Assembly: GCA_964016885.1 (NCBI GenBank)
Contig: OZ024749.1
Location: 43,276,001 to 43,340,000 of the forward strand
Direction of reading: 5' to 3'
Origin: Eledone cirrhosa
Lineage: Eukaryota
Length of the DNA: 64,000 nucleotides
Both the position numbers and the translations under genes were made by a program. Positions 42,707 through 58,041 of the stretch are shown here, in pieces; position 1 is the first letter of the stretch; each line of letters starts with the position of its first letter. Below the pieces are notes generated by a model, which ran no database searches, was not told where the DNA came from, and saw only the letters and a program-made list of their open reading frames with translations.

Positions 42707-43623
42707 AAATTAAGTATACATGGTAATGAAATACTTATCGAGATATATCCCTTCCCATTTCAACATTAAACCGTGGAATTTAACAGTTCTGTTACTTTAT
42801 CTTTCCTATAGCGAATGTTATATATAAAACATGCCACAGGGGGTTATCTCGGTATGTACTTACATTTATAGCCTATTTATATAACCCGCCTGAATTCGAA
42901 TTATATCTCGTTTTAACGACATTTCTGAATTATAGTTGCATGTAAGATGTCCCTAATGACTAGTTAACAGTTACATCATCTAATTACACTTTAATGTATA
43001 TTATATATTGGAGATATCTCTTGTTGAATAAAGTTAATAGTAGTTTATGCCATACTTTGTCAACTCAACAAATGTATTCTTCATCAAGAATGGTTACCAC
43101 TGTATATGGTTTTCACGGTTACTTTTAAAATGAATTTATACCTGAAAGCATAAATAGCCCTTACGGAGAACATGGTCTCTTGGGTATTTAAGCTCGCAGT
43201 ATCTGCAATAATTAAATTACTACATGTACATTATCGATAGAAAGATTATACAGCTATTGGACTTAAATATGTTATTAAATAATTTATGAACACAAATCAT
43301 GGTTTGTCACAGGTTCAATCTCATTATATGGAATCCTGGACAAGTGTCATGTAGCATAGCCACGCCTCGATCCAATACTTTTACTGAAATTGAGTTGTCT
43401 AAATACGATGTACTGCATACGATGTACTGCATCTGTAATTCGAAACACCAGACTGTGTCACACTGAATCTCCCTGTAAAATACGTTAGAGTTGGGTCGAC
43501 GTAAATACGTCAAAATTGGGTAGACGGAAACTGTTGAATGATAAGTATGTGCATCTCTCTGGGAAGTACGTTATACATATACATATGTATATGTATATAA
43601 ATATATTTATATATATAATACAA

Positions 43624-43694
<71 letters not shown>

Positions 43695-44026
43695 TAGTCA
43701 TACATATATATATGACAGAGAAAATTATACTGCTTTTACACGAAGACAATATCGCAAACAGTAAAGTGAACGAATCTTATACAAGATTTTTTCCTAAATA
43801 TCTATGCATATTAACAAGCACGCAGCATATTTTCTAGTAATTCAATTTGCCATATAATCAAGTACTTTTGTGGCTTCTTTACACACATGATGGAATTTAA
43901 GTATGACAGGGTGTGGATGGTAACTATTATGTAGGATTGCAAGTATTGTTATCCACGTCAAATGCAACTAAATGCACGTCTGTAAAGTGATAGTAACACA
44001 TACATACGTTCGTCCATAAATATCTT

Positions 44027-44066
<40 letters not shown>

Positions 44067-44072
44067 ACACAC

Positions 44073-44121
<49 letters not shown>

Positions 44122-44329
44122 TTAAGTTGTTAAACAATATTCGATGATTATATCAAATAATGAGTTTTACAGTAGATAGGAAGCACTCAACGAAAAATAA
44201 TTTTCAGGAGTTATTAATATTAAAATATAAGTATTAATAAAATAAATTGATTAAATATTAAAATATAAGTATTAATAAAATAGATTGATTAAATCTTAAC
44301 CATTTAACATCTCAGGGTGTCATGTATCA

Positions 44330-44390
44330 TTATATTTTGTCTGATGAGGACGTACTGTTGTACATCCGAAATATGTATAATAAAATGTAA
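44330..44390 (+). ncRNA. Minimal type I hammerhead ribozyme, family H copy 2 (best preserved)
   Basis: TTATATTTTGT-CTGATGA-GGAcGTAC tgtt GTACaTCC-GAAA-TATGTA-TA-ATAAAATGTAA. Stem I has 11 pairs with G-U, stem II pairs at 7 of 8, and the cleavage triplet is AUA. Confidence 0.88.
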
Positions 44391-44526
44391 TTGATCAAAA
44401 GAACATCTATTTTATAAATACTTATATTTTAATATATATACATATAGATATATATGTATGTATATATATATACATTTATATACACATATATATATATATA
44501 TGTATATATATATACATATATATATA

Positions 44527-44617
44527 AATATTTGCTCTAGGGTTCTTATATATTTGATATATATTTATCCTTATCGAGCCCTCTTTGGATTTTAGTCTTC
44601 AAATTTATTATTATTAC

Positions 44618-44618
<1 letters not shown>
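44527..44618 (+). repeat. Family C tail fragment
   Basis: Matches the reverse of 3503-3597. Confidence 0.85.
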
Positions 44619-44653
<35 letters not shown>

Positions 44654-45292
44654 AATGAAAAGTATAGAAATATATATATATATGTGTGTGTGTGTGTGTT
44701 TTATGTAAAATGTGTGCGTGTGTGAGTGTGGGTCTAATGTATATATAAAACATATTCATAGAACCATAACGTACAACACGTACAACATACACTCATCTAA
44801 ATTTTCATTTCATTATTCCGAGAAATTCATGATTGGATTATATGAGCGGATTCAGATATGTTTTTATAATACTAATATTTCATATTTATTCTAAGCAACA
44901 ACAGCAATAACAATTCTACAGCAACAACAACAAGGACAACAAGAACAACACCAACCATTCCAACCATTTTCTTTGCAAATAATAGAATGACAATAAAAAT
45001 GGAGAATATACAAACAGAGGCCATTGATCACAAAGCAATCAGAGGAATAGAAAAGAAATATGATTGTCTGGCTAAATATGGAATGCTTTGATTCCACAGC
45101 AGTCCTGCATTATAGCTAAGATCCTTTTAATATCATTAGGGTAACGTAATCCAGTATGAATAGCAAAGGATGAGGAAAGTGAGGTCACTGTGAGAGGTCA
45201 ACTTTGGAGTTGGATCCTCTATCTATTGAAAACCAGAAGAGAATAAGTGCAAATAATAAAAGCAATACATACATACATACATACATACAAAG

Positions 45293-45400
<108 letters not shown>

Positions 45401-45449
45401 ATGTGTGTGTGTGTGTGTGTAGGAAAAGAGTCCGGATCAAGACGGCTAG

Positions 45450-45500
<51 letters not shown>

Positions 45501-45646
45501 CATCTATCTATCTATCTATCTCCCGACCCTCTCTCTCTCTATATAAATATATATATATATATGCATACCCATGAGTATATATATAGATATGTATACTTAT
45601 ATATGTGTCTAAACACACAAACACACACAGACGCGCACACACACAC

Positions 45647-45774
<128 letters not shown>

Positions 45775-46009
45775 TATGTGCAAAATAATATATCCGTATT
45801 CAGTCATACCCGTGTGTATACACGCTGAAGTAAACCAAGGGGTTGAACTCTCTATATATAAATATGTCTATCCATCTTATGTATGATGACACCCATATGG
45901 GTCTGTATATAAACGTACTATTAGATGTATATCACAAAAGAAATTAACAACTGTACACAGATACACACACATATCTATACATATATGTATGTATATGTAA
46001 ATGTATATG

Positions 46010-46072
<63 letters not shown>

Positions 46073-46127
46073 TTATTTATATATATTATATATATATTAT
46101 ATATATATTATATATATATATATATAT

Positions 46128-46171
<44 letters not shown>

Positions 46172-46174
46172 CAT

Positions 46175-46205
<31 letters not shown>

Positions 46206-46214
46206 TATATATAT

Positions 46215-46279
<65 letters not shown>

Positions 46280-46319
46280 CATTATATATATATATAATAT
46301 ATATATATATTATATATAC

Positions 46320-46376
<57 letters not shown>

Positions 46377-46607
46377 GTAAAGAAGGAGACCATAAGTGTA
46401 GATCGATAAATGGATAGCAGGAATACGTATGATTCATATATATATATGAAAGATATATACACGCATCTATATATATATATACATTCACTTATATTACTCT
46501 GTATATAGGCTCAAACAAAATTCATGCTACATTGATTTATTCACTATTTTCTCCCCACTTTCGTTTGGAAAACGAACAAAAAAAAAAACACGTCAGTTAT
46601 TTTGCTT

Positions 46608-46674
46608 TTTTATGTATAGTATTGTATATTTTATGTATAGTATTGTATATTTTATGTATAGTATTGTATATTTT
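46608..46674. repeat. 21-bp minisatellite, 3 copies
   Basis: (TTTTATGTATAGTATTGTATA) x3. Confidence 0.9.
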
Positions 46675-48199
46675 TCTTTCACCTTCTGACGAACACATTG
46701 TCTTCACCGTCGCCAATCTCGCCATAGCGACGTTTACTGATCAGCTCCTATACAATTAAATGAGGGGTCGGACGGGTTAGCACACGATCAATAAGTAGTC
46801 GCGTTCGTTAGCAATTCTAAGCTTAGACAATTTAATTAACGTCTGAAATATCCACACATCCATCTCACGCCACCCACACCCTCACCGCTTATCCTCATCC
46901 AATAAAAATCCTTAGCCAAAGGAAACAATGGAAAAGATCCAGCACGCACATATTCATAGATCTGATCTCCATGATCCAAATTGTGTTTTGCCTTCTAATA
47001 TAATTGTGTTAATGATTGCGTAAAACACTAGATTTAATAAATAGAACCGATGGATGCAATCGCGTGACGCTCGGTCGGACTAGCAGCCAATCTTCATTAA
47101 GATAGTAAATAATAATAATTTCTAAATTACACACAAGACCAGGAATGTGAAGGGGAGATAAATGTCGATTAAATCTATCCTAAAGTATCTCTGGTATTCT
47201 GTGTTATCGAACACGGAAGGTTGTAAGGATGAAAGATAAATATGACTGTGCCAGGATGTGAACACAGATCCTATATATATATATATATATATGTGTGTGT
47301 ATATATGTGTGTGTGTGTGTGCGTGTGTTTGTGTGTATGTGTGTGCCCATTAATATATATGTTTGTCTTAGTTTTCTATGAAATTTGTAGGCCTAGGACA
47401 GATGTGTCTGTTAAGCATTTCTAAATAGTGTTTTTTTGTGTGGGGGTGTATGTTTGCGTGCGTGCGTGCGTGTGTGTGTGTGTGTGTGTGTATTTTAGAA
47501 TTAAATTCTAGATCATATAATTCTGAACGCGGTTAGCGACATCCTTCTTGCCTCCTAGAAAGCAATGAATTTACAAACGAGACCATTTTCTCCAACGAGA
47601 TCATGAAGGGTATGCCGTATATTCGAAACTAACTGTTGTGTAATAATTGATTTACCCATTCCATGTTTTGATTTCAAATCTCGCAAAGTTAACGTTGCTT
47701 TTAGTGTCTTCGGTATAAATTCGATATTATAATTCTTATACCCCATGCGCCCACTGGGATTAATTTTACGAAATATACACATTCGTTACAGATTTTGTAC
47801 TATGTTCAATATATAAAATCAATAATGTATGCTGCATCACGAAGACATTACAGTGGAACACTAAAACATGAATATTTATGACTATAAGGTTTTTTAGTGG
47901 TTTCCATATTCTACGAAACTTTATTTCCAATCCAATTATTTTTTAGTGTGCCAAGTAAATACATATTAACCAAGAAATGATCAATTAAATTTAATTTTAT
48001 AAGATCTAAGATCTATGCCCGTTGGCATTCATTGCATCTCCGCGTGTACATAAAATAGTTGTGTACTGTTATAACGCTGGATGCAAGACTATGTGAGCAT
48101 ATGGACATTAAAAAAATACATATAGAATAGCAATAAACACATCTCATTTCCACCCACTAATCTCTTCCTCTGAGTGTGTGTGTATATATATATAGATAG

Positions 48200-48233
<34 letters not shown>

Positions 48234-48976
48234 TTTCGTACACACATTTACACATACATATTGTAATAGTATTAAATGCAAAATAAAAAGGTTTCACAGT
48301 TGAATCTATTTTGGTTTCTAATCTTCGATTTATATATACTCACTGGAAATGAAATTTGGACATTTCGTTATTTACTTATTTGTCCGGAATCAATACAAAA
48401 ATTTGTTGTTCATTTATCAATGTATCGATTAGCCATTATGCTTGTATAAATATTCTATTAGCGATTCATAATACAGCACGGTCTCTAGATGATTCTATAA
48501 GTAACGTAACGTATTTATTTTTAGGTATATTTATAGCGATTTTGTTGTTAAATACAATGGCTTAGAGGATATTCTTCCATTCATGGGGAAATGAGATTGT
48601 GTGAGGTTCATGCGTTACTGGACAGCATTAGTATGAATGATAAATGAAATTAAATTACCACAACGGGAAATGGAAATCTTGTTGAGTATTTTCAAATCTT
48701 TGCATCGCATTAACATTTCACAGCAAATTTTCTCCATTTAATACAGATTAGACAATCATAAGGCCTCCTTTGTAAATGTTATATCATTACAATTCATTGA
48801 ATTCTAAGCAAACTTATCATATAATATGTTTCGTTGTTTCGTTCTTATTCTTGAATTCATCCGATTATATATGCAGCGAAGTAAGAGTAAGAACAATGTA
48901 AAAATGGTAAAGGATTCTAAAATAAAAGCCTATAGATACATATAATCATATATCTATCTATCTATATATCTATATA

Positions 48977-49067
<91 letters not shown>

Positions 49068-49132
49068 CTTATGTCAATATATGTAAGCTTATATAAATTA
49101 CATATACATACACCTAGCTATCTATCTATATA

Positions 49133-49242
<110 letters not shown>

Positions 49243-49948
49243 GGGGGGTCTCCATACACAGAAGCAAATATATGTATATATCATACAGATATTCATGCAC
49301 AAAGAAAAAACATATCTTACATATGTGTGAAAGTTATTGACTACTGCCCCTTCTATGATAGTGATATAATCCATGATTTAAAACAAACACTAGGAACCAA
49401 ACTCTGCCGAGTATTTCGTTATATTCTCTTGCTTTATTGTTTTAATAACTTTCTTCTTACTTCGAGAATGAATGATTGCTGTTGAGTTGATCCTCTCTTC
49501 TCTCACACGAGCAAGATAAGACCGATATTATTTGGGCACGTCACTTTGCAATGATACCTTCTAAGCGATCAATGTAAATATATATATATGTATATATATA
49601 TAATATATATATATAATAAATATATATATATCATATATATATATATATAATATATAGTATTAAGGATACTATTTATGGTTATGTATGTAATAAAGCCTTT
49701 TATGGTTATATATTTTTTATACAAACCCTAAATAGTGAAAAATAGTCATTAATTACTATCTTATTACCAGTAAGATAATCTATATATAATATAAATATAT
49801 AATATATATATATGTAATATATATATATATATGTGTATATATATATATATTATATATATATATATTACATATATATATATTATATATATATATATGATAT
49901 ATATATATATTTATTATATATATATTATATATATATATATATTATATA

Positions 49949-50405
<457 letters not shown>

Positions 50406-50503
50406 TATATATATGTATCGACAGAGAGAAAGAGCCAAAGAGAATGCTTGATATATATGTATGTATGTATGCGTAGGTTAAGTTACAATTTCCTAAATAT
50501 ATA

Positions 50504-50593
<90 letters not shown>

Positions 50594-50752
50594 CGTGTGT
50601 CTGTACGTATTCCTTGACGGATTTACACCGTTCCAGCTCCTCGTACAAATGCATTACCATATACGTACATATATAGATAGATACCGGATCCAAACATTAA
50701 CATTGAGAAGTCAAACTGACGAAACATCAGGAGTTAACCTTTACACACGAAC

Positions 50753-50780
<28 letters not shown>

Positions 50781-50788
<8 letters not shown>

Positions 50789-50987
50789 CTTTTCCTGAGT
50801 CCTGTATTTCCGTTGCTCTAGTGATGCGGCTGGACTGCCGATCGCTATATTTGATTTGCTAAGCTGTCTAAACGTATTGTTATTACTCTGGGGTACTTTT
50901 CCCCATCCAAGTGCTAAAGTTACAGACCGAATTTGCATTCGTTAGCTTGGCCGCGAACTAAAGCTTCGTTAATACTGTACTAAAATG
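50781..50987. repeat. Dispersed repeat family D, copy 2
   Basis: Reverse of 5316-5520, with (TA)n on both sides. Confidence 0.85.
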
Positions 50988-51247
50988 TATATATATATAT
51001 ATATATATATATAAATATATATATTTCCCTGTAGATAATATAAGTCCCAAGGCTCTGATACCATGGCTCTGATACCATCAACATTATAAACACAGAGCTG
51101 GCATATCTAAGAACTGACTAACTGCCTGATCAGGTCATAGCCATTCAATGGCTATCATCTAAATATATATAGCAGTAAATAAAGGATTATCACTTCATGC
51201 AATTGACTTATGTTTCGTCACTATATATATATATATATATACATATA

Positions 51248-51470
51248 TAGGAACCAGTAGGACCCCGACAGCTGAGCTCAAGCCGTTTCGACGGCTAATT
51301 CTGGACTAAAATCCTAATTCTGGACTTTTTAGTCCAGAATTAGCCGTCGAAACGGCTTGAGCTCAGCTGTCGGGGTCCTACTGGTTCCTATTACCCACTC
51401 TACTACCTCAAGTATTGAGTACTTTGGTGCGTTATGGTCCACCTGGTTCCTTACCACATTTCCTTCGTTA
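51248..51470 (+). mobile_element. Fold-back family A, copy 6
   Basis: About 63-bp arms with a duplicated centre, plus the full tail. Confidence 0.9.
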
Positions 51471-53313
51471 TATACATATATATATATATGAGACAGTAAA
51501 ACATAGACCTGAATGATAGAGACCTAGTTCGAATACAAATATAAATTAAAAAACATATGCACATAAACACACACTCCAGTAAACAACTATGTTGTATATA
51601 TTAAAATAAAGGGATATAACGCCAAAAAGATAAGCGACATTAATCTATAATACCGTAGCTATTAGTTCTTCGGTAAACCGTGTATTGTTTGATAGGGAGC
51701 TGAATAGATTCTAATATACACATTTTTATACTTACTATACAAAGTTCATTTGGTAATAATTTCATTTTACACTTTAGTTTTCTATTTAAATATAATAAAT
51801 ATAATAAAACACAATTCTGATGTCACTAAGTTTATAAATATCCGTTGAATCTTGAGTGTATGTGGTTTTGTGCATGTGACCAGCGTGTGTCTGTGTGTGT
51901 AATGGGTGTCAGTGTGTCTCTGTCGCACACATACACAGTCTCTCTCTCACTCCGTGCGTTGTTCTGTCTCTGTGTGTCCCTGATTCTGTCTGCCTGTCTC
52001 TATATATGAATGTGTATTATAGCTTCCGGCCCCATATTTTGTCAGATAGTGTTTCGCCAATGAAATTGTTATCTAAATCATGGATATTATCTACAGGGAA
52101 ATATGGAATAAATACTTCGAATGGTGAGTTAATATCATTACCAGGTCTTAAACTACTTTCTGGTGTTTGTCTTGTGTGCTGGTTTAACGCATTCATGTGG
52201 CCCTTTAGTGGAATGTATTGTGTTTCAAGCATTAGGACCACATCTCAACCCTCTCAAAATCCGACGCACCATTATCGGAAACACTTCATGGACACTAATC
52301 TTCCTTCACTAACGAAATATTAAAAGGGCTGACAATAGTAACAACAATTACAGGGGCAGAAAAGACATATCTTGTATTCAGCAGTCGACGGGGCATCAAC
52401 TTGCTTTCGCGACCTTCCAACATGACCACTCGACTCCAGCTGTGTCGGTAGTATTTAATCCATTCAGAAATCATACAAAATTACAAAGGATAAGAGAAAG
52501 GAAATAACAAAGAATAGCTTTTGTTTTGTTGACTTTATATCCTTATTGGAGTATCCAGAATTACGAACACAGGCTATACCTTAGCTTTCGCATCGTCATA
52601 AGGACCATGGAAACGGTAACGAGTGGCTGAGCTAAATTACAGTCTCACGAGAGAATCCTCATCTTTCTCACTCCACTTTACCATAGGATCAGTTGATATT
52701 ATTCTAATTACTATATAGACAGCTAAATCCAAGGCGAGAATATATCTACACGTTCCACTGAGAACAAATAGAAATACGACTACTACAATGAGTTCTTCAA
52801 ATGATTGACTATCTCAACAATGTTTCTAATAGAAATTTCACAAGATATTATTAGCTTGGAACCTAATCTTTTGATCATCATCGTAAATAAACAAAACAGA
52901 AATCTCTTGTGATTGTCATTCCATAAGATTTAAATTTTTTGTTCTTGATGAGCAAAGAACACACAATTTGAGACGTGGTAAAGATTGCTAGTAAATACGT
53001 TCAGGAACACACATCACACACAAATATATCTATCTATCTAAAAAGCGTGAACCTAATAAACTCATATTTGTACTGCCTCTCTGTTTTTGTCCTGTCTAAG
53101 ATTTAAATATATATATGTATATATATATATATATATATACATATGTATATATATGTAAATAAGTATAAATACATACATATAAGTATCGCTATGTATGTAT
53201 ATATTTGAATCCTGTGTATGTAGTTGGTCATGTTTATATATTTCTGCATGTGTCACGTGTGACACAAGGTAAATAAATGTTATTTCTTTCTGTAATGTGA
53301 AGTATATCTTAAT

Positions 53314-53503
53314 AATTATTTCTACTTTTGGCACAAGGCCACCAATTATCCCAATACATTACTGGTACTTTATTTTATCGACCCCGTAAGGATGAAAGGC
53401 AAAGTTAACCTCGGCGGGATTTGAACTCAGACCATAAAGGGCCGTAACTCTTTGCTGCAAAGCATGGCGTCCGACCCTCTACCGATACAGCCAATCCACC
53501 GCC
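53314..53503 (-). mobile_element. SINE family 1, full length
   Basis: TSD GAAGTATA(T/A)CTTAATAAT. Confidence 0.92.
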
Positions 53504-53598
53504 CGAAGTATAACTTAATAATAATGATAACATACACACACATATATATATATAGAAATATATATGTGTGTGTGAATATATCTGAATATATATATTTG

Positions 53599-53634
<36 letters not shown>

Positions 53635-53637
53635 ACA

Positions 53638-53857
53638 ATACGATATTAACAAATGGAAACTATATTTATAAAACCATATTTATTTTATTATACATATTTC
53701 AAGGATACCAAGTTAAATTATGGTATGCTTTCATCAGACAAAATACAATATATACCAGTTTTATAAATAAATATTGACATACCCTTTCAAAATGCTACCG
53801 TTACTTTTGGAAGACATCAGATTTTATAAATATAGTTTCCATTTGTTAATATCGTAT
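53638..53857 (-). mobile_element. Ribozyme-containing element with a perfect 36-bp inverted copy of its tail
   Basis: ATACGATATTAACAAATGGAAACTATATTTATAAAA (53638-53673) is the inverse of 53822-53857. Confidence 0.85.
53681..53745 (-). ncRNA. Minimal type I hammerhead ribozyme, family H copy 3
   Basis: Minus strand: TATTTTGT-CTGATGA-AAGcATACCA taatttaact TGGTATcCTT-GAAA-TATGTA-TA-ATAAAATA. Stem I has 8 pairs and stem II pairs at 9 of 10. Confidence 0.88.
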
Positions 53858-54309
53858 ATTTACTCCAAAGACTTGTCGAGTGCTTTATATCAGTTATAAA
53901 AATATTTGCTTGTTGTATCCCAACAATTTAAATAGAACTTTTGCATATATATATATACATATATGTTTATATGTGTGTGTATATCTATGTATACGTATAT
54001 GTTAGTGTAAGCCAGACAGACATAGTATTTATAAAACCATATTTGTGTAATTAAGGAAACAGTAACAGACCTACAAATGTTCTTTGCTTCATTACAGAGA
54101 ATCACTGTCTGTTTTCTTTCGGTTGAACATTTTTTATGCTCTGCCTTCCCACATTCCACTTTTCAACTTTTCATGTATATTATCATGTTCGACAATATGT
54201 ACATATTGTTGTGTCATTATATATCTCTCTCTCTATATATATATATATGTGTGTGTGTGTGATGTATACATATGTGTTGTGTCATTATATATATATATAT
54301 ATAATATAT

Positions 54310-55067
54310 ATATTAAGACAGGGGGAAGAAAAAATGGCTTCACTTGTGCTTTCAACAAATTTATTTTCTTCACAAAATCCAAAAAGAATTTTTTTCCGGA
54401 TTAGAAAAAGTTTTTTCTTAAAAAAAATTATTTTATAAATTAAGTTGTTGGTTGTTGGTTGTTGGTTAGGTCTTAGGAGTTCTTGGTTAACGTAGGAGGT
54501 ATTGTTTCGTTTTTAGAACGACCTTTCACGCTGAGGTGCGCTTGTCAAACTGATGTGTATGTGGTGTGTTGTTCTATATATAGTGATTTAACATGTTTGT
54601 GGTGTGGTGGGGGTTTCTTTTCTCTCTCTTTAATAAGTGTATGGGTGTAGGTGTGTTGAAAAAGTGTTAATAGCAGTAATGAGTTGAGACGGTGAGTAGG
54701 GTTGGGTGGGGAGAAATGTAGCAAGTGCGGCCTGCCCCGGTCATTCTCGAAAAATTCCTTTATTCAGGGGAAAAAGCTTTTAGTATTCCTTTTGTGTTGA
54801 GAATGGTCACAGGCAAATCGCACCAAGTTTTAAATAAAATTTTTCTTTTTTTTTCTGAAGAATTTTTCTACGTCCATCCCAAAATTAGTCCTTTGTTCAA
54901 CACACACATATGTGCGTATACACGTACATACACACACGTACATACACACACAAAAAAATTCTTTTGGGATTTTGTGAAGAAAATAAATTTGTTGAAAGCA
55001 CAAGTGAGCCATTTTTTCTTCCCCCCTGTCTTAATATACCTAACTGTACCAAGGATTACACACATTT

Positions 55068-55072
<5 letters not shown>
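54310..55072 (+). mobile_element. Large TA-embedded fold-back element (about 85-bp inverted arms, about 550-bp interior, tail)
   Basis: 54310-54394 is the inverse of about 54952-55036. A 36-bp tail follows, then (TA)n. Confidence 0.75.
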
Positions 55073-55138
<66 letters not shown>

Positions 55139-55371
55139 CATATATACATGCGTACATAAATATATATACAAATACACATGTATATAGATATATATACATA
55201 CATATATTTACATACATACATACACAAATACATACATACATATATATGTTTATATACATATATATATATACCTTCACTCGTGTAGGACACCTCGGTTATT
55301 TTTCATTTTGTAAAAAAAACCTCACTTTCTAATATATATACATATATTTACATACATATATATGTTTATAT

Positions 55372-55408
<37 letters not shown>

Positions 55409-55629
55409 CTTGTATTTTGTACTGTAAGTGATACTAGACAGACGTTAGAGGATTCCATAATTAGATATATGAGACAGCGTAGTTACATACATTAAGTTTG
55501 CCGAGAGCAACAGTGATTGTAAACACTAGCTGGCAGGTAATCATGGCAGAGTTTTGTAATCTTCGATATTATATAGAAAAGTGAGCGAAGACACAAAATA
55601 CACGTGTGAAATATATCAGTACATATATA

Positions 55630-55686
<57 letters not shown>

Positions 55687-55688
<2 letters not shown>

Positions 55689-55921
55689 ACGAAGGAAATG
55701 TGGTAAGGAACCAGGTGGACCATAACGCACCAAAGTACTCAATACTTAGGGTAGTAGAGTGGGTAATAGGAACAAGTAAGACCCCGACGGCTGAGCTCAA
55801 GCCGTTTCGACGGCTAATTCTGTACAGCTCAAGCCGTTTCGACGGCTAATTCCATAATTCCAGTACAGAATTAGCCGTCGAAACGGCTTGAGCTCAGCCG
55901 TCGGGGTCCTACTTGTTCCTA
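55687..55921 (-). mobile_element. Fold-back family A, copy 7
   Basis: Full tail, duplicated central segment, and an inverted arm ending TTCCTA. Confidence 0.9.
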
Positions 55922-55991
55922 TATATATATATATATATATAAATATAGATATATATATATATATATATATATATTCACATTTATTATTACT

Positions 55992-56142
55992 ATGCTTTGA
56001 CGTATAGAGTTACGGCCCTTGCCATTCTGAGTTCAAATCCCGCCTAGGTTAACTTTGCCTTTCATCCTTACGGGGTCGATAAAATAAAGTATCAGTAATG
56101 CGCTGGGTAATTGCTGGCCTTGTGCCAAATGTAGAAACAATT
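55992..56142 (+). mobile_element. SINE family 1, 5'-truncated
   Basis: TSD ATTATTACTAT. Confidence 0.87.
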
Positions 56143-56726
56143 ATTACTATATATATAGAGAGAGAGAGAGATCAGGATACAACTAGTTACACCATTACTC
56201 AATAGAGTACTCGATTCTTGGGGAAGTAAATTATGGTTATATTATAAAGTGTGTGTTTGTGTGTGCATGTGTGTGTGTATGTATGAGTGTGTGAGTATGT
56301 GTATGCGTGTGTTTACATTTATACGAATGTTGGCTGAAGGGTTCCTAGGCTGATTATGAAGGAGTGAAATTTTGCATGCATTAATTTCAATTCTTTTTAT
56401 CTTTTATATAAGTACTTCTGCTGTTAAAGTCCAGGCCTGCGTGAATAAATCACATAATACACATAATCAACGGGGTCCTATTCGTTTCCATTTTGTATTT
56501 CATTAATCGTAACCTTTCTATTTTTATATCATCCCTTTGTTTCAGGCAGCACTGTGTAATTCGTATTGCAATTGCTTGTTATGTATAGCAGGTCACGCAC
56601 AAAACGTATAGTGTGCCATTTCTGATTCGTGGGGAAGTAATTATTGGCGTTTTTATCCTCAACACATATCATGAGAAAACCATGGTTCCTCATTCTTTAT
56701 TCAGACGAAACAAAGAAAAGAATAAT

Positions 56727-56797
56727 AATTGTTTCTACTTTTGGCACAAGGCCAGCAATTACCCAGTGCATTACTGGTGCTTTATTTTATCGACCCC
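56727..56797 (-). mobile_element. SINE family 1, 3' 70 bp only
   Basis: TSD AAAAGAATAATAAT on both sides indicates truncation at insertion. Confidence 0.85.
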
Positions 56798-57844
56798 GGA
56801 CAAAAGAATAATAATGAAATAAAATAAAATGCCACACGCAAAGATTCATTTCTTAAAGTGGAATACGTATATGAATCATCGTAGGAATATGGAACTCTTG
56901 CCATATTGGACTAAGGATCATGTGAATCAGTATAAGGTTGACATTCGTACACAATGGGATCTCATGACAGATGTCTGTTAATGTTACTCTAATGAATTCG
57001 AAGTATACAATACACGTATCATTTAGCCCTAATCACATTTGTAGCAGATATCGTCTCCCCAAACGTAAACCTCTAGAGAAAAGGGTACACTTTCTATCAG
57101 AGAATTGACAATATATATTGATTTATTTGAAGCGGATATGATCTGATCATAACAAATATATAAAATGACAGTCCTTTGGTTTTATATGTATGGTATGTAT
57201 TATTGATATACAAAAATATGACGACGTCAACAACTTCATTAAAACCTCTTGCATATGCTTTAACATACATATTTATTGACTCAAGACAATACCATTAAAG
57301 ATCTCACATCTCACATAACGTCGATGGCCTACATGTCATATATTTCAATATTTCTATAAATTCAGCGGAGGAGAACTTGAGTTCTGGTGAAGGGAACGGA
57401 GGGATATTTTCAACAACAAACAAAAAAATATATAATAAAAATCACTCCACACTTAATGAAAATACAACGTAAAAATTTATCGATACATTTCACTCAATAC
57501 ATTTTACCACTTTAGTTAATCGAAAAATATCGAGAGAGGCAACAATTGGATGAGTAAGATGAAATATCCAAAAAATCAACAATGACGATGACAAATCCAT
57601 GGACAACAGAAATCGCTGAATCTCTCAATTTGATATAATCTTAAGTAAATATCATACCAAAAGGGAGTTTTGTTTTTATACAACACACCATGCAAATCTA
57701 TCATTAGTTAACAAGGTTTGATTCTGGAAAGGATGACCTCTCAGGGTGACGATGCTACGATAGCTAACATATATTTAGGTTTTAGCTTTTGTTTTCCTAT
57801 TTTTTTCACATTTTCAATCTGCAAATTGTTTTAGATAAGAATGA

Positions 57845-57861
57845 TAATAATATTGATAATG

Positions 57862-57941
<80 letters not shown>

Positions 57942-58010
57942 GCAAGATAAATGCAACTATAATAATAATAATAATAACTGAAGAAGAAGAAGAAGAAGAA
58001 GAAGAAGAAG

Positions 58011-58040
<30 letters not shown>
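57845..58040. repeat. (TAA)n/(GAA)n microsatellite
   Basis: Seen directly. Confidence 0.95.

Positions 58041-58041
<1 letters not shown>

Noticed and set aside
46684-46748. Short GC-rich minus-strand exon candidate (ELISKRRYGEIGDGEDNVFVR)
   Set aside because: Weak donor (GTGAAA), no recognisable domain and no partner exons.
47555-47782. 75-aa non-repetitive ORF
   Set aside because: No recognisable motif, and the length is compatible with chance.
51051-51078. GGCTCTGATACCAT x2, the reverse of the plant-type tRNA-iMet primer-binding site TGGTATCAGAGC
   Set aside because: No LTR nearby, and the animal initiator tRNA end differs. A 14-bp tandem duplication explains it.
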